A DNA stretch of 64,000 bases from Myxococcales bacterium. Its GTDB lineage: Bacteria; Myxococcota_A; UBA9042; JABWCM01; BTVJ01. The notes under the pieces are model-generated. The model had not been told where the DNA came from. It searched no databases and saw only the letters and a program-made list of their open reading frames with translations. The DNA lies in the NCBI GenBank assembly GCA_045863395.1, contig BTVJ01000033.1:1-64000 (forward strand). Direction: 5' to 3'. Each line of letters begins with the position of its first letter. Within the stretch, counting starts at the first letter, position 1. The position numbers and the translations under genes are program-made. This document shows, piece after piece, positions 48,201 to 53,832 of this stretch.

Positions 48201-48814
48201 CGCAGTACGAGGCGTGCCAGTCTGCGGGCACCTGCAGCGCAGCCTCCACGGCGGACTGGGACGGCAACGGCTGGGGCACGAACACGAGCGCGAACGGCCG
48301 GTCCTCGCACCCGCAGAACGGCCTCACCTGGCAGCAGTCGAAAGACTTCTGCGGGTGGGTCGCCTCGGGCGGTCGTCTGCCGAGCGAGGCGGAGTGGGAG
48401 TACGCGGCGACGGGGACGACGCACCGGAAGTACCCGTGGGGGAACGCGCCGGAGCCGACGTGCAGCAACGGGACGGCGGTGTTCAACGAGCTCGGCACAA
48501 CGGCAGGTTACGGGTGCGGCACGGGCGGCACGTGGTCCGCAGGGAGCAAGACGGCGGGCGCGTCCGCCCGAGGCGCCTTGGACATGGCGGGTAACCTCTG
48601 GGAGTGGGTGGAGGATTGCTGGCACGACAGCTACACTGGAGCGCCGACCAACGGGAGCGCCTGGACGGACTCCTGCAGCGGCTCGTACCGCGTTGGTCGG
48701 GGCGGCGGCTTCAGCGACTCCGCCTCCAACCTGCGGGTCGCCCGGCGGAGCGACGTCACGCCGGGCTACCGCTACGCGAACCGGGGCGCCCGCTGCCTGA
48801 GGCCCTTCCCGTGA
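45281..48814 (+). CDS. DGR target: secreted fibre-like adhesin (fibre N-domain, VATSGxYxDL repeats, P-domain, Cys-rich stalk, C-terminal FGE-sulfatase/CLec domain)
   Basis: GAGGAGG RBS; signal peptide; PPGSFPMG...EQPVHTV...HEIV...RLPSEAEWEYAA...DMAGNLWEWVED...RGGGF...GARC; contains the VR. Confidence 0.9.
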   Translation: MGSDGTGLRGVVARVARLGGAAVVVCTLWAAALAEAAPGAIPYRGELTYADGTPFDGTVEVKAALYASETGGTAVWGPATWPSVSVNGGTLEVVLGDAPSPALDGSELPPDGLWLELWVDGVKLEPRQRVLSTAYSLRSGDAERLGGEEASAYATHESVEAAGYLRSSDVSSVALTGAYGDLSGTPSLSVYAQKSELAAVATSGAYADLTGAPSLGAYALVSEVAPVCWSGSYADLANTPDLSVFVLVTDLHPIAQSGAWSDLEGAPDAAAFLRADGTTPLGGPWDAGGQPVSNLVVGSSASPPSGVAGQLWWDGAAGVLKIHDGSSWLPVSGEAGGGGVATALQCSGCVDEVALSFALSAVAKSGSYGDLSGAPALAAVATSGQYADLSGAPSLDAYAMKSSLSAVATSGKYGDLSGAPSLADYAKKAELSAVASTGAYTDLSGTPNLGGYALISDVAPVCWSGSYAELSNTPDLSSFVHLADLHPIAQSGSYADLAGKPDLGAYLRADGTVKPVAPLDLSQQPLLNVVVHNAAVAPGSPKPGQLWYDTTSSSLRVWTGLSWVATGGAAVLPVDGLDQVSNGVLTTKFESSAWSSGVPAEVKDYWPAGTSVSLTVNDPGALLWLKVHVKVTHPSATDLRVVLTPPSGGPIVLHDRTAGQAGGLDGEWPPLVPASGDLTSLLGTDPSGVWSVHVEDQVFSGGVGGTIAKLGVSYGILRGTQVAVKGDQIVEGALTVGGVDVGAELASLKAEVWCLKECDEAKKGDCRKYACDGASQACLDAGGQPDGAACWGGAGVCFGSACCVPGTCATLGAGCGLVADGCGGVIACGECVAGQVCHQSQCCAPATCDGLGKECGTWGDGCGGVVECGGCTGDYACGPSGACDAWLGTCGGVSCPSLSGYTATCNPQSHCEYVRSAPTAPWHTWDVWIYVPPGSFPMGCPGGSETCGGSSEQPVHTVTFATGYLIAKHEIVVTQYEACQSAGTCSAASTADWDGNGWGTNTSANGRSSHPQNGLTWQQSKDFCGWVASGGRLPSEAEWEYAATGTTHRKYPWGNAPEPTCSNGTAVFNELGTTAGYGCGTGGTWSAGSKTAGASARGALDMAGNLWEWVEDCWHDSYTGAPTNGSAWTDSCSGSYRVGRGGGFSDSASNLRVARRSDVTPGYRYANRGARCLRPFP
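48672..48801 (+). repeat. DGR variable repeat (VR)
   Basis: 130-bp ungapped match to 52540-52669 with 13 mismatches, all opposite TR adenines. Confidence 0.96.
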
Positions 48815-48836
48815 CCCCTTTTTCCTTTTCCCTCTT

Positions 48837-48961
48837 GCGCGAAGCGCCCAGATATGCGAAGCGCGGACCTGCGACCCGAGGAGCCGGGGCAGGGTCGCGT
48901 CCAGGGGGCGCGAGGTGCGAGCGAAGCGAGCCGCGCCCCCAGGACGCGACCCTGCCCCGGC
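48837..48961. other. Hairpins downstream of VR (candidate retrohoming cis-elements)
   Basis: GCGC-GAA-GCGC at 48837-48847; 48883-48902 pairs perfectly with 48942-48961 (20 bp), with a further 9-bp inner stem after an A.A mismatch. Confidence 0.75.
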
Positions 48962-49064
48962 CGTCGACGGAGCCACGGGCGCCCACCAGTCGAGCGGGCG
49001 GGCCCGCGAGTCTGGTGGGGCGCGGATATATGGCCATTTCCCGTGAGCGGGGAGCAGGCGCCCG

Positions 49065-49763
49065 ATGACGGAGGTGACCATCCTGACCCTCCCGTTCGAT
49101 CCGCTTCTCGACGGGTTCCCGTCGGAGCGGATCCGGGACTACCTGCACGGGCGCGAGGTGGTGCACCTGAGCACCTTCCCGTTCGTCCACGAGGGGCGCC
49201 CCTACTGGTCGCTGTGCCTGTCGACGCGGCGGCACGTGGACGCCCCCGCCGCGGACTCCGCGGCCCCCGACGACGCGGCGCCCGTCCCCGAGGCGGTGCG
49301 CAAGGCGCTGGCCAAGGAGCTGCTCTCGGGGCTGGGCGAGCACGAGCGGGCGCTCTACGACCGGCTGCGGGGCTGGCGCCGGGACGTGGCCGCGGTGACG
49401 GGCCTCGCGCGGTTCATGGTCGCCTCGGACGCCCTGCTCATCGAGCTGGTGCGCCGGCGCCCGACCACCAAGGCGGGGCTGGCAGACATCAAGGGCCTCG
49501 GAGAGAAGAAGATCGCCGAGTACGGCGACGCGCTGCTGGAGGTGCTGCATGGAGCCGCCCGGCCTGGACCGGCGGGACGACCGGTACCTGCCCATCGTGC
49601 TCCGGTGGATGGACCTCACGACGTGGCTGCTGGAGACGACCCAGCGCTTCCCCCGCCATTGGAGGCACAGCCTGGTGAGCCGCATCGACGACGAGGCGCT
49701 CCAGGTGCTGACCCTGCTGAACGAGGCGACGTACAGGAAGCGCAAGGCGGAGACCCTGCGTGA
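49065..49763 (+). CDS. HRDC-domain DGR accessory protein
   Basis: LYDRLRGWRR...FMVASDALL...RPTT...IKGLGEKKIAEYG; GGGGAG RBS; tail overlaps avd. Confidence 0.82.
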   Translation: MTEVTILTLPFDPLLDGFPSERIRDYLHGREVVHLSTFPFVHEGRPYWSLCLSTRRHVDAPAADSAAPDDAAPVPEAVRKALAKELLSGLGEHERALYDRLRGWRRDVAAVTGLARFMVASDALLIELVRRRPTTKAGLADIKGLGEKKIAEYGDALLEVLHGAARPGPAGRPVPAHRAPVDGPHDVAAGDDPALPPPLEAQPGEPHRRRGAPGADPAERGDVQEAQGGDPA

Positions 49764-49992
49764 GGCGAACCACGCCCTGAACCGCATCCGCGTGCTGCTG
49801 GAGGTCGCGGTGCGCATCGCGGTCCTCCCGCGCAACGCCCACGCCCACGCCCTGGTGGCGCTGGACGAGGTGGGCCGCATGCTCGGCGGGTGGATCGCGC
49901 ATGCCGCCGCGCGGGAGGGGCCACGCGGCCCCGCACGACCCCCGGGCGCCATGGAGCCCCCCGATGCGCCCACCCCGACCCGGCGTCCGTGA
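49549..49992 (+). CDS. avd: DGR accessory variability determinant (Avd, four-helix bundle)
   Basis: RFPRHWRHSLVSRI...LNRIRVLL...EVGRMLGGW; GGAGGT RBS; coupled to RT by GTGA. Confidence 0.88.
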   Translation: MEPPGLDRRDDRYLPIVLRWMDLTTWLLETTQRFPRHWRHSLVSRIDDEALQVLTLLNEATYRKRKAETLREANHALNRIRVLLEVAVRIAVLPRNAHAHALVALDEVGRMLGGWIAHAAAREGPRGPARPPGAMEPPDAPTPTRRP

Positions 49993-51005
49993 CCGCGCCG
50001 CCGTCCCGCCCCATCCCGCCCACTCCACCCGTGGAGGTCGCCTTCGGCGTCGCGGCGCTGCACCGGGCGATGACCCGGGCCCTGCGGGGCCACCGGCGGG
50101 ACGGGGAGGCCGCGCGGTTCGCGGTGGCGGCGGGCCCCGAGCTGTGCGCCCTCTCCCGCGATCTGCTCGCCGGCACCTGGACCCCCGGCCCGGCGCGGGC
50201 CTTCCCCGTGCGCGATCCGAAGCCGCGCACGGTGGTGGAGCTGCCCTTCCGGGACCGCGTGGTGCACCACGCGCTGCTCGCCGCCATCGAGCCGGCCCTG
50301 GACGCGCAGCTCGACCCCTGCTCCTACGCCTGCCGCCGCGGCATGGGCGTGCACCGCGCGGCGCGCTGCGTGCAGGAGCTGATGGGCGACCACAGCCACG
50401 CCCTGAGCCTCGATGTCCAGAAGTACTTCGAGACGCTGCCGCACCTCGCAGTCACCGCGATCCTCGAAGACCTCGGCGTCCCGCCCTCCTACCGCGCCCT
50501 CTGCGCGCGCATCCTCGGCGCGGGCAACGGCTCCGGCCGCGGGATGCACATCGGCGCGCTGACGAGCCAGCTCTTCGGCAACCTGGGGCTCCACCCGGTG
50601 GAGGTCCTGCTCCGCCGCGACTTCCCCGACACGGATCACGCCAAGTACATGGACGACCTCGTGATCCTGGGTCCCGGCAAGCGCCGGCTCTGGGAGGCCC
50701 GGGACGCGGTGGCGACCGCGCTCGCGGGGCTCGGTCTGGCGCTGCGCCCCGAGGCGACGCGCCTGGTCCCGGTGAGCGAGGGGGTCTCCTTCGTGGGGCT
50801 GCGCATCCACCGGGAGGTCATCCGGGTCCCCGCCAGGGCCCGTGTGCGGCTCGGCCGCCGCATCCGGGCAACCGCAGCGGCGTGGGCCCGGGGCGCCACC
50901 ACCACGGAGCAGGCGCGGGCGTCGGTGGCGGGCTGCGTCCAGGCCGCTCGCGGTGCCCGCCTGCCGGCGCTGGACCGCTTGCCCCGAGGGTTGGCCGAGA
51001 CCTGA
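49989..51005 (+). CDS. DGR reverse transcriptase
   Basis: DPKPR...PFRDRVVHHAL, SYACRRGMG, LDVQKYF, IGALTSQ (GxxxSQ), YMDD, GVSFVG; 338 aa with no maturase or endonuclease domain. Confidence 0.94.
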   Translation: MTAPPSRPIPPTPPVEVAFGVAALHRAMTRALRGHRRDGEAARFAVAAGPELCALSRDLLAGTWTPGPARAFPVRDPKPRTVVELPFRDRVVHHALLAAIEPALDAQLDPCSYACRRGMGVHRAARCVQELMGDHSHALSLDVQKYFETLPHLAVTAILEDLGVPPSYRALCARILGAGNGSGRGMHIGALTSQLFGNLGLHPVEVLLRRDFPDTDHAKYMDDLVILGPGKRRLWEARDAVATALAGLGLALRPEATRLVPVSEGVSFVGLRIHREVIRVPARARVRLGRRIRATAAAWARGATTTEQARASVAGCVQAARGARLPALDRLPRGLAET

Positions 51006-51171
51006 GCGCGACCAGACGCCCGCCCACAGCAGAGAGCAAGGCCGCGTCGCTGGCCGGGGAGCCCACCCGGCCGCGCCCGCCGGCCCGATCGGGGGCGCTG
51101 CCCTGCGGCGCCGGGGGGGGCGGTCGCCCCGGGGCGGGTCGCGCCGCTCTGCACTCCCCCGGCCGAGCCGC

Positions 51172-52125
51172 TCAGTGCAGGAGCCGCCGCAGGCGCTCGA
51201 TCTCCTCGGGCGACAGCCCCCGAATCCGGTCCTCGGGCGGGATCCCCGCGAGCCTGTCCTCGGGCGGGATTCCCGCGAGCCTCTCCTGGGGCGGGATCCC
51301 CGCGAGCCTCTCCTGGGGCGGGATCCCCGCGAGCCTCTCCTGGGGCGGGATCCCCGCGAGCCTCTCCGCGGGTGGGATTCCCGCGAGCCTCTCCTCGACG
51401 GGGAGGCGCCGGAACAGCTCGAGCTGCTCCTCGTGGGTCATCTCCAGGATCATCTCGCGGGCGTGCTGCCTTAGTCTCTCCATGATCTGGGCTTCGCGTT
51501 GGGTCATGGGTGCCTCCTCTGCGGGGCGCGAGAGCCCCCGGATGATGTCGACAATGTAGCACATCAGCTCCGACTCGACGACGCGGCCTCCGCGAGGCGA
51601 GCGGTGCTTCAGGCGAAACAGGTCCATGAGCGGGTCCGTGTCGCCGAGGACCTCGGTCTCGAAGACGAAGCAGGGGAAGGGGAGGCCGGCGACGCGGTGG
51701 ACGCCGGGGCCCTCGGGAACAATGGCCCCCCCCATGCGCTGTACGTCGGTGCGAAACGCGTCCGTGAGGGCCGGCGCGCAGACATGCAGCCGCACGTCCT
51801 CGTGGGGCACGTCGGCCAGCTCCCCTCCGAGGGCGAGCACGGCGCAGCCGACGAGGTGGTGCAGCTCTCCCAGGCCCAGGGAGTCGCCCGGGCCCTTGAG
51901 CTCGAAGAGGGTGCAGGGAGAGAGGCGCGAGAGCATCTCCGCGAAGTGAGGCGCCGGCCTGGTCGCGGGCGCGCCGCGTAGAATCACCGCGTCGATGCGC
52001 AGCGGGAGGTGACCGACGGCCACCTCGCGCCGCAGCTCTCCGTCGATGAGGTGGCCGAGGACCTCGTAGAAGAGGAAGTGCCACGGGGTTCGTCTCCGCC
52101 CCGCGCGTCGCCTTCGCCGTGCCAT
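51172..52125 (-). CDS. PD-(D/E)XK/Rpn-like protein with ERLAGIPP repeats
   Basis: TPWH...EVAVGHLPLRIDAVIL...LFELKGPGD; GGAG RBS before ATG 52125; repeat tail. Confidence 0.65.
   Translation of the reverse strand: MARRRRRAGRRRTPWHFLFYEVLGHLIDGELRREVAVGHLPLRIDAVILRGAPATRPAPHFAEMLSRLSPCTLFELKGPGDSLGLGELHHLVGCAVLALGGELADVPHEDVRLHVCAPALTDAFRTDVQRMGGAIVPEGPGVHRVAGLPFPCFVFETEVLGDTDPLMDLFRLKHRSPRGGRVVESELMCYIVDIIRGLSRPAEEAPMTQREAQIMERLRQHAREMILEMTHEEQLELFRRLPVEERLAGIPPAERLAGIPPQERLAGIPPQERLAGIPPQERLAGIPPEDRLAGIPPEDRIRGLSPEEIERLRRLLH
51230..51396 (-). repeat. 27-bp coding tandem repeat (ERLAGIPPx), about 6 copies
   Basis: GGGCGGGATCCCCGCGAGCCTCTCCTG-type units, head-to-tail. Confidence 0.92.
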
Positions 52126-52355
52126 GGGTGCTCCGTCATGTGGCTGGTCTTCGGGCGCCCGGTCGTGCGGCGGCCGGACGGCGCACCCCTTCGTCTTCTC
52201 GTGCCGCCGCGTTGCGCGGAGAGCGCGCGGCGGCGCAAGGCCGCGGCCACACTGCGCTTCCCCTTGCGGAGGGCGCGCCGGACGCCCCGCGAGGCGACCC
52301 AAAGGTGGCCGCGCCGGACGCCATCCCCCGGCGCGCGCGTGCAGGATCCCGGCAT

Positions 52356-52473
52356 AGTCGCCGGGACCAAACTTCAGGCGTCGGACTACAGGCTTCAGGC
52401 ACGTGCAAGGCTGCGATTTCCCGTAGCCTGAAGTTTGAAGCCCGTTGCCGGCTGAGGACTTTGTCCGGGGCCC
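52356..52473 (+). repeat. 118-bp hairpin-forming direct repeat, copy 1 (upstream of TR)
   Basis: Ungapped alignment to 52997-53114 (offset 641); internal stem 52368-52379/52426-52437. Confidence 0.85.
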
Positions 52474-52494
52474 GGCGCGCGTGTGCCTCGGCCC

Positions 52495-52523
52495 TTCACG
52501 GGCACCGCGCCACGCGGTAGAGT
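52495..52523 (+). promoter_or_regulatory. Candidate promoter for the TR RNA
   Basis: TTCACG, 17-bp spacer, TAGAGT, ending 16 bp before TR. Confidence 0.4.
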
Positions 52524-52539
52524 CTCGGCCGGAGACGGG

Positions 52540-52669
52540 CCAGCAGCGGCTCGAACCGCGTTGATCGGGGCGGCAGCTTCAACAACTCCGCCTCCAACCT
52601 GCGGGTCGCCCAGCGGAACAACGACACGCCGGGCAACCGCAACGCGAACCAGGGCGCCCGCTGCCTGAG
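52540..52669 (+). ncRNA. DGR template repeat (TR), part of the DGR template RNA
   Basis: Intergenic copy of VR with 27 adenines and 9 AAC codons in the VR frame; followed by a GC hairpin region (perfect 14-bp stem at 52750-52780). Confidence 0.95.
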
Positions 52670-52996
52670 CCCACGGGTTCCGCCCGCCGCCGTCCGGCCA
52701 CGGCCGGCCGGCCCGCGCACAGGCCGTGGCCATGGGCCCGCGCTCCAGACCCCGGCGGCGGAGCGGCTCCGCCGCCGGGGCGAACCCCAGATGCGCAGGA
52801 CACACCGGCCCCTGCCGAGAGTGAGTGGTCTCGGCGACCGCCCGCGGCCGGCCTCGACCCGGGCAATCAGGCACGTGCGCAGACACTCTGGGCGATGGCG
52901 GAGACGCACGGGCGGGCGTCCGTGGGGAGGTGGAGGGGCGGTCACGGCCCCATCGGCGCGACCTCGGGGACCGTCGTCTCAGCCCTCCAGGGTCCC

Positions 52997-53114
52997 AGTC
53001 GCCGGGGCCAGACTTCAGGCGTCGGGCTACAGGCTTCAGGCACGTGCAAGGCGGCGGTCTCCCGGCGCCTGGAGTCTGGAGCCCGCAGCCGGCCGAGGAC
53101 TTCGTCCGAGGCCC
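52997..53114 (+). repeat. 118-bp hairpin-forming direct repeat, copy 2 (downstream of TR)
   Basis: Matches 52356-52473; stem 53008-53026/53061-53079. Confidence 0.85.
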
Positions 53115-53200
53115 TGCTCAGCCCTCAGACAGCCGTTGCGCACTGCGCAGCGACGTGCTACACCGGAAGTCCACGGCTCTCGGCGAGCGGAGGTCGCGGA

Positions 53201-53755
53201 ATGGTCACGGTCGGGCGGGCATGGGCGCTGGCGTTCGCGCTGGCGGGGCAAGCGTGCGTCAGCAGCAGCGGGTTCCAGGCCGGGGAGTCGGACAGCGTCG
53301 AGGATGGGGCCGGCATCGACCCCGCCGACACCGGCCCGGGCAAGGACGTGGTGGTCTCTCCCGACGCCGCCGGAGACGCGGGCGCGACGCTGGACGGGGG
53401 TCCACTCATGGACGTCTGGGGCAAGGACGCCGGTGTCGACTCCTCGGTCGCGGACACCGGGCAGGACGCCGGCGGCGCACCCGTCGATGGGGCCAGCGAC
53501 GGCCAGAGCACCGACGGCGGCGGCGAGGACGCTGGAAGCAAGGACATCGGGAGCACGGACGGCGCCGCGGACACCGGCGCCCCCGATGGGGGGGCCGACG
53601 CGGGCTCGGGCTCCGCCGCGGCGGTCGCGCTGACCCCCGTGACGGTCGTCGGAGAGTCCACCGGCGGTGGGTTCGTGCTGCGCGCTCGGACGAGCGCCCC
53701 CGGCGTCGTGGGCGAGTCCATGGGCGGCGGGCTCAGGCTCCGCGCGCGCCCATGA
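53201..53755 (+). CDS. Putative lipoprotein with an Asp/Gly/Ala-rich linker
   Basis: GGAGG RBS; hydrophobic leader ending AGQAC; two C-terminal VVGESxGGGxxLRAR repeats. Confidence 0.6.
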   Translation: MVTVGRAWALAFALAGQACVSSSGFQAGESDSVEDGAGIDPADTGPGKDVVVSPDAAGDAGATLDGGPLMDVWGKDAGVDSSVADTGQDAGGAPVDGASDGQSTDGGGEDAGSKDIGSTDGAADTGAPDGGADAGSGSAAAVALTPVTVVGESTGGGFVLRARTSAPGVVGESMGGGLRLRARP

Positions 53756-53832
53756 GGCTCCCCGGTCCCCTGGGCGCGGCGTGATGGCGCACCGCACGAT
53801 CCCCGTCGGACTCGACAGGAGAGAGCACCTCC

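Larger units (their letters stand above)
45281..52780 (+). mobile_element. Diversity-generating retroelement cassette (target/VR - HRDC - avd - RT - [antisense gene] - TR)
   Basis: All core components are present and the TR/VR divergence is adenine-specific. Confidence 0.92.

Noticed and set aside
49989..51005. RT as a group II intron, retron or Abi RT
   Set aside because: The GxxxSQ motif, lack of maturase/HNH domains, adjacent avd and the TR/VR pair all indicate a DGR.
51230..51396. 27-bp repeats resembling CRISPR
   Set aside because: No unique spacers; the unit is 9 codons within a protein tail.
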